Shown here piece after piece: positions 25,346 to 38,397 of a DNA stretch of 64,000 nt. The position numbers were made by a program, and so were the translations under genes. The notes beneath the pieces are model-generated. The model saw only the letters and a program-made list of their open reading frames with translations, made no database searches and was not told the DNA's origin. Origin of the DNA: Octopus sinensis (lineage: Eukaryota); NCBI RefSeq assembly GCF_006345805.1, contig NC_043019.1, forward strand, positions 930,001 through 994,000, given 5' to 3'. The stretch's first letter is position 1. The number at the start of each line of letters is the position of its first letter.

Positions 25346-26864
25346 GTATCGCTAAAGGCCTGGTTAGAGAATCAATTTGTAGTTCGTTTACAGGGTTCAG
25401 AAAAACCTGGAAGACCGCTACAATTTACGTTCGGACACCACGACAAACCACAGTTTATACCCAAGGCACATGTGTCTTGTCTTGGTACAAAAGATGGTCT
25501 ACAGCAAATATTCTGCTGAATACTAAAAATTTACTTGTTAGTTGTTTGACCATAGCCAGTTGCGTATGTCTCTTGCTGTGTATCTTAGATCAAGTGCAAA
25601 AATAGTGGAGGGGTATCATAGCCATTTGTGGAGAGGAGTTCTTTGGAAATGATGGTGTTTCGTTCAATATCCTTCTTAAAAATAAACAAATAATGACAAT
25701 GAACTAGAATACAGTTTTCCTTACTCGGAATCATTCTACAAGTTTATACGTTATAATTGGTTCAAAGTCTGCCACCAGGCTTTCAGTTTGATTCGCTTAC
25801 CGCCACCCTAGTATTCAACGTATTTTATCGACCCTAAAAGGACGAAAGGCAACGTCAACATTCACGAAATGTGAACTCAGAACGTAAAGTAGAGAAATAA
25901 TTGTCGCACTTTTGTTTTGCTCGTTAACGACTGTAACTGTTCACCGCCTTACGGCTATAGTAAATAATAATTTGAAATGTTGGCACATTTTAAGGGAGGG
26001 GAAAATTCGTTTACATTGTACTTTATATCACCCCGAAATGGTTAATACAAAGACGACATTGGCGGCGTGGCGTATGAACTCAAAGCGTAAATCCCATTTA
26101 AAAGCCGCCATGCATTTTGTCTGGTGTGCTGACGATTCTGTCAGCTCAACGCTTTGATTATACATAATAATGACAGCTTAACCATTCTATTTCGCTTTAG
26201 CTGTTTGTTCCTTTGAACAAATAAAGCTTAAATCCGTTTGTTTGTACAATAATTAAGTAGCTTAACCAAGTTACATGAATTATTTGCTATCTCTGAATAT
26301 TGTCAATAACCATAATTATCTATTTTTAAGATAATGAACTATTTTAAAGTCACATGCTTATTTCTGTTTCACTTATAAATATGACAGGTTTTCGTTTGTT
26401 CGATTTACACATATTCATTCACCCCTAAACGCTTATTTATTTTTTGATAAATCATTTATTGATCTCATTTATTCTGGCACGATATTTAATCCTAGTGATA
26501 TGCCTGGAAATGTGTAAGCGTTGTGAGGAAGCTGCATTAAGTCACAATGTATGAAATGGAATTTATTAGTGATAAACTATTTCTTAGATAGAAATGCGAC
26601 CGCTCGTCCTCCTAGAAATAGCAATCAAAGCTCGCACAAAATACAGCCTGCGGTCTTAAGAAAAGACAGATTGAAACGTGTTGGCATAAATTAAAAAAAA
26701 AAAACATAGGAGAAAAGGGCAGGGATGCCACGTATATAATGGGAGGTACGTTCTGTAAAGCCCAACTGAAGTTAAACAGAAACAACAACAAATTTATGGC
26801 TACCAATTCAATTATTACACAGTGCTTTCGGCGAACACATTGGGAATATTAGTAATGAGATTAA

Positions 26865-26928
<64 letters not shown>

Positions 26929-27009
26929 ATATATATATATGTGACCTCGTGAGCACCGCCAGCAATTTCTTTTCCTGTCTTCCCTTCTCGGGATCTTTCC
27001 TTCTCCTTT

Positions 27010-27044
27010 GTTTCCGACGAAGAGCTCCGCTCGAAACGTTAGAC
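27010..27044 (+). ncRNA. Minimal hammerhead-like motif (variant core), probably in a Penelope-like terminal repeat
   Basis: GUUU-CCGACGA-A-GAGC-UCC-GCUC-GAAAC-GUU|AGAC: stem I GUUU/AGAC, 4-bp stem II, palindromic AACGUU stem III; U4-to-C change and an extra A. Confidence 0.5.
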
Positions 27045-27138
27045 CCTCCATCTTCCCTTCTTTCCTGAGCGTCCAATAATACTATATTTGTTCCACGTCC
27101 TCGCGTTGCTGTGTTCTTTTGTGTTTTCTTGTTTGGAT

Positions 27139-27217
<79 letters not shown>

Positions 27218-27468
27218 GAAAGTTTGTTTGTGAAAGCACGTGGGTGAATATATAAGAAAATAGTAAAGAGTGAAAAAACGACAGAAGGCTTAAATGTTAA
27301 AGAATATATATATATTTGCGTCAATATGTCTGGAGAATATTGGAAAAATATATAGTATATAAGTATATAGTTAGGATTTACAAAAAAAAAACGAACAAAC
27401 AAAACAAAAGACGAGGGTGTAAACACCAAAGAGATGCATTAGTTTAACGCTTGGAAAGAGAGAAAGTA

Positions 27469-27502
27469 TTTTATGTTTCGAGCCTTCGCTCTTCAACAGA
27501 AA
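27469..27502 (-). ncRNA. Decayed minimal hammerhead-like motif
   Basis: UUU-CUGUUGA-A-GAGC-GAAG-GCUC-GAAAC-AUA|AAA: same architecture as 27010-27044 but A6-to-U and a mismatch in stem III. Confidence 0.4.
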
Positions 27503-27779
27503 GGACCACAGAAATAAGCAGAGAGAAAAAATAATAATAAAAAGGTTTCGTGGCTAGCGAACAATCATGGCGAATATATATAGATAAGTATATAGATACA
27601 TACATACGTACACACATTGATTGATAAATAGAGAGAAACAGATATGTATGTAAACATTAATGCAAATGTATATATATTATATATATATATACATAGATAG
27701 ACACGTGTGGGTGTGCGTATGTGTTGTGTATGTGATTGTGTGTGTTAGTGTGTGTTTGTGTTTGGTTTGGTATGAATCA

Positions 27780-28200
27780 TGTGATACGGCAAATATTCTG
27801 CTCAATACCGCAGAATGCTTGTCAGTTGGGCGACCATAACAACTTGAGCGTGTCTCTTAGTGGCGGAAGATATGTGCATCTTTGACCACGGGCAGGAGTC
27901 ATGGGGACGCATCATAGCTAAATGTCGAGAGGGATTCATCATCATTCAGGCAACTATTGAGAGGTTTTGACTATTCGACCTGAAGAATACTCTGACTGGA
28001 TCCCACCTGCAAAGTCATACGCGGTTTAATTTGATATGTATTAACCGTGTCGCACATATATGGTTGTTATGCATGTGACTAGTATACTCTTATCAGACGG
28101 GGTGGTCATGAGGGTTATATTGGGCTTCGTATTTTTTAGCTCTGCATCACTTTGATGGCATGCACTTCTCTCTCAATCAACAACAAAAACAAAAACAACG
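27780..28200 (+). mobile_element. Dispersed repeat family D (probable SINE/LINE 3' part with AAC/AAT tail)
   Basis: GCAAATATTCTGCT...GTCAGTTG..GACC segment recurs at ~25460-25630 (+) and ~7680-7870 (-). Confidence 0.5.
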
Positions 28201-28408
28201 ACAATGATAATAACAGTGAACCCTTCTCCTATTGGGACAAGGCCTGAAATTTGAGGGAAAGGGTCTAGTCGATTACATCGACCACAGTTCGTAACTGGTA
28301 CTTAATTTATCGAGTGGGAAAGAATGAAAGGCAAAGTCGACCTTTGCGGAATTTGAACCCAAAAGGTAAAGAAGGACAAAATGTGGCTAAGAATTAAGCC
28401 TTGCGTGC

Positions 28409-28427
28409 AATAATAATAATAATAATA

Positions 28428-28459
<32 letters not shown>

Positions 28460-28537
28460 AAGAATGATAATGATAATAATAATAATGATAATAATAATAA
28501 TGATGATAATAATAATGATGATAATAATAATAATAAT

Positions 28538-28580
<43 letters not shown>

Positions 28581-28625
28581 TTAATAATATTAATAAATAA
28601 ATAAATAAATAAATAAATAAATATA
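28409..28625. repeat. (AAT)n/(GAT)n then (AAAT)n microsatellite
   Basis: Directly visible. Confidence 0.95.
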
Positions 28626-29409
28626 TATATATAAATAACCACGAGCGCGTGAATAAGTAGTCTGTTCAAGTAAATATTTACATCACCCGTCTGCTCATGA
28701 AGAGAGGTTTGGGATATAGATTGAGCAAGAGAGTCCCAAATTGAAAGAGATGGTTATCACCGAATTTGCTGGCCAACTATGATCTAATTGCAATTAAGAG
28801 TGTCTGTGTGTCGACGCGTATGTTTTATGGTTATCTACGTGTGCATGGCGTTCATGATAAATATAAGAGAGGGGGAAAATAAATTAAATTAATATTAGTC
28901 GACTCTAATAATAACCTAACGAAAAATAACGAAACTATTTCAGTTAATAACAAATTTAAGCTATGTCCATGGCTAACAAATTTGACATGAAACAAAAAGT
29001 TGCAGTACTACAAGGAATAGTTCAAAGTAATTATTTCTATATGATATAATTTGAACGTAAACAAATCACTCGTGATAATGATTAATTTAATGAACTAATT
29101 TAGTTACGTCCCGTTTACTCGAGCATATTGAATCAGAAAAGTAAATAAAACCGGTAATAATCGTGCTCTCTACTATAGGTACAAACCCTGAAATTTTGGG
29201 AAAGGCGTCTAACAGTAGTCATCGATGTGATCAACTTCAGTGCTAACAGCAACAGCAGCCGTGCAAAGATTTGGACCTGGAGATCTCCATTTCCAGCGAC
29301 TTCGAGGGCCACCTCCCTGTGGTGTCGGGCGCCAACGAATAGCCCTCGACTACAACAAGACGACCAAAGTTGTTTTTTCCAAGGTCTGGGGTCTCCCACC
29401 CCAAAGCCC

Positions 29410-29637
29410 TATTTCTTTACTACCCACAAGGGGCTATACACAGAGAGGACAAACAAGGACGGATAAACGGATTAAGTCGATTACATCGTCCCCAGTGCAT
29501 AACTGGTACTTAAGTTATCGACCCCGAAAGGTTGAAAGGCAAAGTCGACCTCGGCGGAATTTGAACTCCGAACGTAACGGCCGACGAAATACGGCTACCC
29601 ATTTCGCCCGGTGTGCTAACGTTTCTGCCAGCTCGCC
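29410..29637 (-). mobile_element. SINE family A monomer
   Basis: Consensus match; imperfect TSD accccaaagccc / accctaagccc. Confidence 0.85.
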
Positions 29638-30222
29638 AACCCTAAGCCCCAGACCATCACCTAATCACCCTTACCCGTCTTGTTACTTAACAACAACAAC
29701 AACAACAGTAACAGCAACAACACCAACACCAGTTCTTGACTGTTACTCTTTTGTTGGCATCGAAACGATGAAAGGCAAAGTCGAACTCGCCGGAATATTG
29801 TAGAAAATGAACATTAGAACAATACCTATTTTCATAGGTGCTCTTAGAATGATTGCAAAATGGGCTGGCTCTTACTTATCTTATATTCCAAGGCATACAT
29901 AGATAAAAGAAATTCAAAATATAGTACTCACGAGAATTGTACAAATCCTAAGGAAAATACTGTTTGAATAATTCAAAAACCATTTTAACGTGGGAACATA
30001 TCAAAAGTTCTTATAAAATTTTTTGTCGCTAGTTTCAGCCAAGCTAATGCACCGCCGTTTAAAAAATTAAAGGAATGTTTTATACTATAGGGGATACTAA
30101 ACAATAACAAACGACATACATTGTCATCATCAGATCACACAATAATCTTATTACCAAACTACTTTCAAAACAAAATTTTAATTCTTTTGTTTTATCAGAT
30201 TTAAAACTGATGTTCTTTAGAA

Positions 30223-30465
30223 AATCCGTTTGCCTGTCCTTGTTTGTTCCCTCTGTGTTTAGCTCCTTGTGGACAGTAAAGAAATAGGTATTTCTTCTGC
30301 CGTTACGTTTTGAGTTCAAATTCTGCCAAGGTCGACTTTGCCTTTCATCCTTTTGGGGTCGATTAAATAAGTATCAGTTACGTACTGGGATCGTTGTAAT
30401 CGACTTAATCCCTTTGTGTGTCCCCTCTATGTTTAGCCCCATGTGGGCAATAAAGAAATAAGAAA
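30223..30465 (+). mobile_element. 5'-truncated SINE-A dimer
   Basis: Tail of unit 1 joined to unit 2 by GTAAAGAAATAGGTATTTC at ~30277-30294. Confidence 0.8.
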
Positions 30466-31406
30466 TTGATTATGATAATATCTTTTATAAGAAATGGTCT
30501 TGACGTTTTTTTTACTTTACATAGAATATTCTTTGCATTCTACTTTTGTTTTATTGCCATTTCTTTACGAGTATTATAAATTTTATAAGTAAAATATTTT
30601 TTCTGGGAACGGATTACGTTTTATAACATTGCTACTATGGGAAAAATACAACTCTGATCGACGAGTTTTTCGCTTTACGAGCGGTCTCCGGGCAAAATTT
30701 AACTCGTATATCGAGGCATTATCGTACAAACATACACACACACACACACATGCACAAGCACACACACACAGACACACACACACACATATGTATATTTAAC
30801 AGAATATAATGCACTGTCTGCATAATCGATTCGTCAGTGAGGAGATAAAATCAGAAAGTAATCTTTTGGGGGAACATGTTAATCCATTTTTGCACATCTT
30901 TCGTTTGCGTAAATTAAATTTGTGTAACTGAATTTTCGTGTCAGTGAGGTTATTTTCACTAATTAGTGTTTTACCTTATAGACATTTCATCGATTTTTGC
31001 CACGTTGTTCTGTGCAAATGGTACTCATATATCACGATTATTTGCAGAAGTCTCTTTTTACATATACTACTGTTGTATTTACTTGCTAAGCCGTAGGTTT
31101 TATTTATTTATTTATTTGTTTGTTTGTTAACTAATAATATAGGCAACGCTTGTCACATTATTAGGCTCTTCTTGATGAAAGGTTTGGAGGAAGAGAGGCA
31201 GTCAAATTCTTCCAGGAACTTCATTCGAATAATTACAAAAAGGTTAGATGCAGATAAACTCTGTCAAAGGCAAAATTAAACGAGCTACACTGTGAAGGCA
31301 TTCCAAATGTCAGCATCAGTCAAATATCATTCACAAAGATTTGGTGGATTCGAGGTTATTAGTGGATACACAGTACATTGATTGTTTAATATTTTATCTA
31401 GTATAA

Positions 31407-32210
31407 GGCGGTGAGCTGGCTGAAACGTTAGCACGCCGGGCGAAATGCTTATTGGTATTTCAACTGCCGTTACGTTCTGAGTTAAAATTCCGCCGAGGTC
31501 AACTTTGCCTTTCATCCTTTCGGAGTCGATAAATTAAGTACCAGTTACGCATTGGGTTCGATATAATCGACTTAATCCGTTTGTCTGTCCTTGTTTGTCC
31601 CCTCTATGTTTAGCCCCTTGTGAGCAAGAAAGAAATAAGAAACGTTAGCGCGCCGGTTGAAGTGCTTGTCGGTATTTCGCCTATCTTTAAATTCTGAGAT
31701 CAAATTTCGCCAAGGTCTGCTTTGCCTTTCATCCTTTCGGGGTCGATAAATTAAGTACCAGTTATGTACTGGGTTCGATCTAATCGACTGGCCCCCACCC
31801 CCAGAATTTCAGACTTGTGTCTGGAGTAGAAAAGAATATTTTTGTCTAGTATAAGGCGGGGATCTGGCAGAAACGTTAGCGTGCCGGTCGAAGTGCTTAT
31901 CAGTATTTCGTTTGTCTTTATATTCCGAGTTCAAATTTCGCCGAGGTTCACTTTGCCTTTTATCCCTTCGGGGTCGATAAATTAAGTACTAGTTGCGTAC
32001 TGGGGTCGACCTAATCAACTGGCTACTTCCCCCAAAATTTCGGGCCTTGTGCCTAAAGTAGAAAAGAATATTTTATCTAGTATTTCGCGGAGGTCGACTT
32101 CGCCTTTTATTCTTTTGAGTCCGATGATATAAGTAGAAGTTGCACATCGGGGTTGATGTAATCGATTTAACGCCCTCCCCAAAATTGCTGGCCGTATACC
32201 AAAATTTCAA
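31407..32210 (+). mobile_element. SINE-A cluster (dimer plus monomer with alternative tail, plus inverted fragment)
   Basis: Three plus-strand units; flank AATATTTTATCTAGTAT repeated at ~31388, ~31836 and ~32067. Confidence 0.8.
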
Positions 32211-33362
32211 ACCAATACTTAGTGTCGTAATAGTATTATCAAATATGTATTGTCGAATAACAACGACTGGGCTGCTTGTCACCATTATAATGACCGCGCT
32301 AATATGAGTAATAGCTCTCATGCATTTTTATGAACTTGGAAAAGTTATTTGCATACTACAACGGTTGAATAAATAGAGCGGCAAGAAATAACGAATGGGC
32401 GAAGTACAGTTTTTCAGTGCAAAACACTAATTAGTAAAGGAAAGACAGCTCATAATTATGTAGAATAAATTAAGTATAGACAGTGAGAAAGATACAAAAA
32501 CAACGAGAATGACATATTTCAAAATTCCCTGATATAGCTTTGAGCAGCAACTTAGGGTGTTGGGAAAGAAAATGGAGAAGAGGATGGAAAAGCACCTCGG
32601 GGAGAGGAGCAAAAAATTCTTTGTTGAATTATGGATGACTTTGCCTGAGTTTGAATTCTTCAGCAATCAATAACCCATAGGGAATTTCTAGAAAGTTCGA
32701 GCAGGGCATTTGAAGGGAAAATCCAACAAGGTTGGTTACACACGAGCTGATCTGATTGGACAAGATATGTTTGTGTAATTATTGTCCTGGGCGAATTGTT
32801 AGCTCGTCGAGAATAATGCTTTGTGGAATTTTATCTCTCTTTATGTACTGAGTTCAAATTTCACCGAGGTGGACTTCGCCTTTCATTGCTTCGGTGTCTA
32901 TAAAATGCGTATCAGTTGAATACCGGGGTCAATATAATCGATTAGCCGCCACCATTTAACTTCCTGGCCTTGCGACAAAATTTCTAGTGACAAAATGTTC
33001 GCATAAATGCCTTTGATCAACATAGCAGTTTGATAGGCCATGGTTCTGAACTGGGGAAACTGGAAACTTACTGTTAAAAAATCTGCAGAAGCTTCGTCAC
33101 TAATTTTTGAGCTTTAGTTAAGAAAAGGTCGATTGGCGAAATCGGCTAAATATCCAAAATCATTTCTCACAGTGTTTGGCCACAAAGCATTTTATGTTCG
33201 AAGTCCAAAAACAACTGTTCTTCGTCTGTAATACCGTCCAAATTATAACTATTTTCCTAGCAAATATTGGTATGACTCAATTTAGAGTGTATTCCATTGC
33301 TTTGTCAGTATATTCAGTAGTATACAATATAAACATACACACACATACACACTCCCCCCATA

Positions 33363-33393
<31 letters not shown>

Positions 33394-33818
33394 ATATATA
33401 CGTATATTTGCCATTTGAATATGGCTAACCCCTAAGGGTCGATGCTACTGTTGTTGTTAAGGTGGTGAGCAGGCATGTCGTTCGTCCATGCGTTCTGAGT
33501 TCAAATTCCGCCGAAGTCGACATTGCCGTTCATTATTTTGATACCAATAAATTGAGTACGTGTTGCGTATTGAAGTCGATCCCCCCCCCACAATTTCCGA
33601 CCTTGTTTCTATAATAGAAAGAATTCTTATTATTATTATTGTTATGTACAATTTAGTAAACTTTCACTACACTGATCTTTAATCAATAACATTATAATCA
33701 AAACTTCTCACGTTATTTGTTTCAAACGTGATGCATGCTTTTGACTTGTAGATTATTGCCTGTTAATTCCAGGACCTTATTGCCAAAAAATATTAAAAAC
33801 ATATATATTTTGGTAGAA

Positions 33819-33925
33819 TAACGACACGTGTTTCGTGGCTATATTTAAGAAACGATTATAGTAAAAAATTAATTAATAGTAGTAGTAAAACCACTTCGAT
33901 ATAAATATAGCTACTCATCAGGTTA
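33819..33925 (-). ncRNA. Type I hammerhead ribozyme with intact core
   Basis: Minus strand UAAC-CUGAUGA-GUAGCUAUAUUUA-(AT-rich loop)-UAAAUAUAGCCAC-GAAAC-ACGU-GUC|GUUA. Stem I UAAC/GUUA, long stem II with one mismatch, palindromic ACACGUGU stem III; predicted cleavage after GUC, between 33823 and 33822. Confidence 0.75.
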
Positions 33926-33976
33926 AAAATAAACTAGAATAATAAAATAATTAATTAATAAATATACTTTAATATA

Positions 33977-34036
<60 letters not shown>

Positions 34037-34217
34037 TATATATAAATTTAAATATATAAATATACAATAAGTGAAAACTAAAGACAATACTTAAATTATT
34101 CAATACTTTAAAATTAATTAATATACACACTGCTAGTTCAAGCCATTAATATTGTAATCAAAATAAGAAATAGTTCAAATATAGACAAACTCATTAAATA
34201 AGCTAACTATATAATTA

Positions 34218-34602
34218 ACTAGCAGTATCGCCCGGCGTTGCTCAGGTTTGTAAGAGAAATAACTATAAAGCATTTTTAGAGAGTTATAGCCAAATAATAG
34301 CAAAAACATGGGAAAAAAATGATGGTAAATTTTTTTTTTAGTTAAAAAGGTCGAGTTGCGTCCCCTAGACAGTCTGTGGTTTGTGTTTCTGATTCTCGAC
34401 CCCATGTCGAATTTATCGATTTTTTTCAGAACTGGGGGAACTTTTCAAAATTTTCGCTGCGTTAGTTTTGAATTATGACATTGGGCTATGTGTGTGTCAA
34501 GTTTCATCAGAATCAGTTGAAAGCCGTGGTCAGGGTGAGGGTACAACCTAACAGACACACAGACACGCACACAGACAAACTGCCGTTTATATAGAGAGAG
34601 AT
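34218..34602 (+). mobile_element. Non-autonomous Helitron/Helentron-like element (Lep1/HINE-like layout)
   Basis: Starts ACTAGCAGTATCGCCCGGCGTTGC; ends with a (GACA/CA)-rich tract and CTGCCGTTTATATAGAG; no TIR or TSD. Confidence 0.6.
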
Positions 34603-35743
34603 ATATTTGTGTAGTATCTATAGATTTAATATATCACTCTATAATATAATTGACTAAATATCAATTAATATAATACCTAATTATCTTAAATTTAATACTG
34701 CTTAATAAATTTACCACCTAATAATTAAATAATATATTGTCCAACAAAATTAATTCTCAAATTAAATTAAATGTAATACGTTAGATCCTTTTATAGAAAC
34801 GCGTTCAGTAACATATCAAAACAGTTACGTAAGGTTTGTAGAACATTATGCAGTTATGTATGCACATCATCAGTATCCTGCTATAAGTACAAAGAGTCAT
34901 CTTAAAATTCAGAAAACGTACATTTTATCCGATTCGTAAGTAATCAGTATATTCGCATATCACATACAATAATAGGAACAGAGAAAACTCATTTTACAGG
35001 ATGTCGTCTTAAAAATCTGTTTTCTGTTTATGTTATTTTATCTCTCCCCCACGTCTCTCTCTCTCTCTCTCTCTCTCTGTATATATATATATATATGCGT
35101 GTGTGTGTGTGTGTGTGTGCACCTACGTGCGCGTGTGTATGACAATCAATCTATCCTCAATCTATCTATCTAGCTATCTACCTATGCTTATGTGTGTGTG
35201 TGTGTGTGTGTGTATATTATGTATGTATGTATGTATGTATTGTACGGTATAACAGAAGTGACGTCAATGAATTTTTGTAATATTCCTCAAAAACAAAAAA
35301 GCAAAATAATCTATAGAAGCAAGGTTACGAGAAAATACAACATAATTTCCTCGTTTGATGTTATTATATACTTCTATAACTACGTATCCCAATTGATTTA
35401 GAGTTATTCTTATATTATGTGCAATGTCTTCTTTGATCTGAAGTGAGATAAGAAAAAAAAAAACAAACAAATCATTTAGCGAGGCAGAAATAGTAACAAT
35501 TTGAATAAAATTTTATCCTGGTATCTAGGAATAAAATAAAAATGTATATACGTCTGCTCTTTCCCTGTCAGTATCACGAAACACACTGATCCGCTGGGAT
35601 TCACTTGTCTGAACAACTTTTGGAGTAGGCCTTCTGTTTCTAACACGGGGAAGTGGAATAAGTTCTGCACACATATTATACTTCAACTACATAAAAATCC
35701 TATATTGAAATGGAAACGTTCATTTTATATTATCATACGCATA

Positions 35744-35960
35744 GGCGTAGGAGTAGCTGTGGGGTAAGTAGCTTGCTTACCAACCACATGGTTCTAGATT
35801 CAGTCCCACTGCGTGGCATCTTGGGCAAGTGTCTTCTCCGAATAAAGAAATATCTATTGTTTAATAAAGAAATATGTACTATAGCCTCGGGCCGACCAAA
35901 GCCTTGTGAGTGGATTTGGTAGACGGAAACTGAAAGAAGCCCGTCGTATATATGTATATA

Positions 35961-35996
<36 letters not shown>

Positions 35997-36380
35997 TACG
36001 TGTGTATGGGTTTGTGTGTCTGTGTTTACGTCCCCGTAACTTAGCGTTTCGGCAAAATATACCGATACAATAAGTACTAAAGTACTAGGTTTACAAATAA
36101 TAAGTCCTGGGGTAGATTTTCTCGACTAAAGAAGGTGCTCCAGCATGGCCATAGTCAAATGACTGAAACGAGTAAAAGAGTAACCGAGTATAGGTGCAGA
36201 TGTAGCTGAGTAGTTAGATGCTTGTATCTCAACTACATGTGTCCGGGTTCAATCTACTATAGCCTAGAGCTTATACTATAGCCTCGGCCCGACCAAAGCT
36301 TTGTGACTGAATTTGGTAGACGGAAACTGAAAGAACCCCTTTGTATATGCGCACACACACACACGTGTGTGTGTGTGTGC

Positions 36381-36412
<32 letters not shown>

Positions 36413-36642
36413 GAGTGTGTGTGTGTCTGTGTGTGTGTGTGCGAGTGTGTGTTTGTCCCCTACCACCGCTTGATAACCGGTACTGCTGTGTGTACCTGCC
36501 CGTAACTTAGCGGTTCGGCGAAAGAACTAATAGAATAAGTAGCATGTTTATAAAAAGTATTGGGGTCAGTACATTCGGTTGAAAGTTCTTCAAGGCTTTG
36601 CCTCACCATGGCTGCTATCTAATGACTGAAGCAAGTAAAAGG
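35744..36642 (+). mobile_element. Two tandem SINE family C copies (second one decayed)
   Basis: Two consecutive head/microsatellite/tail modules. Confidence 0.75.
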
Positions 36643-37429
36643 TAAGAGACACCTTTAAAAAATTTCCTCAGCTTCCTTGAGCAAATTTCAGGAAAATGTT
36701 CCCGAATATTCTCATACAAATAATAAACTGAAATCTCCATATCTGATGTTGACCCACGAACAGATGCTCTTGTCTTCATTCGTTTACAAAGAAGCAATTA
36801 AGCAAATAACACTTATCTTGTAAAATTTCTTCTAACAATTAGAAGTAGTTTAAATATTCAGCAGATTACAGGTTTCCGATTTGTTAAAATTAGGTAAGTT
36901 GAAACGCTGGAAAATTCTTTATTATTACATAATTCTTTCTTAATTTATTAGAGAAAAGTAAATGAGATCTTCAACAACAGTTTGCGAAACTGCTTCAAAA
37001 CTACACGTTTCGAAAGTAATTTGGTGACGACTTGAAATAATTTCAAGGAGTTTGGAGAAATTTAACATAATTGAGTTACTCTCAATCACTGAATTCCCTT
37101 CGTCCAATTCAACACACAAAAAAAAAAAATGGACACAATTTTGTAAAATGCTTATGAACAAGGAAGAAAATAAATAAATAAATAAATAAAGCAATTAATT
37201 AATCAATAAGTAGAAGCAAATCACTTCACTTTTGTTACAGCACATTCTCTTCATTTCTCAACCTGACCACTTCCACGGCAACCAAATCGAAACTGTTTAA
37301 CCATCAACACCATCGTCTGCGCTTCCCGGATCGTCTTCAGCATCTACTGATGCTACATCCAATCTTAGTACCATACGCATCACCAAGTATAAGACTTCGC
37401 CACCTCAATCCCACACTATATCTGCTACC

Positions 37430-38397
37430 TATTTCTTTACTACCCACAAGGGGCTAAACATAGAGGGGACAAACAAGGACAGACACACGAATTAAGTCGA
37501 TTACATCGACCACAGTGCGTAACTGGTACTTATTTAATCGACCCCGAAAGGATGAAAGGCAAAGTCGACCTCGGCGGAATTTGAACTCAGAACGTAGCGG
37601 CAGACGAAATATACATATTCCTCTACTACCCACAAGGGGCTAAACATAGATGGGACAAACAAGGACAGACACACGGATTAAGTCGATTACATCGACCCCA
37701 GTGCGTAACTGGTACTTATTTAATCGACCCCGAAAGGATGAAAGGCAAAGTCAACCTCGGCGGAATTTGAACTCAGAACGTAATGGCAGATAAAATACCT
37801 ATTTCTTTACAACCCACAAGGGGCTAAACATAGAGGGGAAAAACAAGGACAGACACACGAATTACGTCGATTACATCGACCACAGTGCGTAACTGGTACT
37901 TATTTAATCGACCCCGAAAGGATGAAAGGCAAAGTCAACCTCGGCGGAATTTGAACTCAGAACGTAATGGCAGATAAAATACCTATTTCTTACAACCCAC
38001 AAGGGGCTAAACATAGAGGGGAAAAACAAGGACAGACACACGAATTACGTCGATTACATCGACCACAGTGCGTAACTGGTACTTATTTAATCGACCCCGA
38101 AAGGATGAAAGGCAAAGTCAACCTCGGCGGAATTTGAACTCAGAACGTAATGGCAGATAAAATACCTATTTCTTTACAACCCACAAGGGGCTAAACATAG
38201 AGGGGAAAAACAAGGACAGACACACGAATTACGTCGATTACATCGACCACAGTGCGTAACTGGTACTTACTTAATCGACCCCGAAAAGATGAAAGGCAAG
38301 GTCGACCTCGGCGGAATTTGAACGCAGAACATAACGGCAGAAATTATACGGCTACGCATTTAGCCCGGCGCACTAACGTTTCTGCCAGCTCGCCGCC
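37430..38397 (-). mobile_element. SINE-A pentamer inside a single ~21-bp TSD
   Basis: Five ~184-bp units, only the first (38397 end) with the head; TSD tcccacact(a/t)tatctgctacc at 37409-37429 and 38399-38419. Confidence 0.9.

Noticed and set aside
29240-29803. 187-aa ORF and similar RNWYLIYRPRKDERQ-type ORFs (15156, 38252, 54407, 59606)
   Set aside because: Antisense reading of SINE-A plus a microsatellite; recurs wherever the SINE does.
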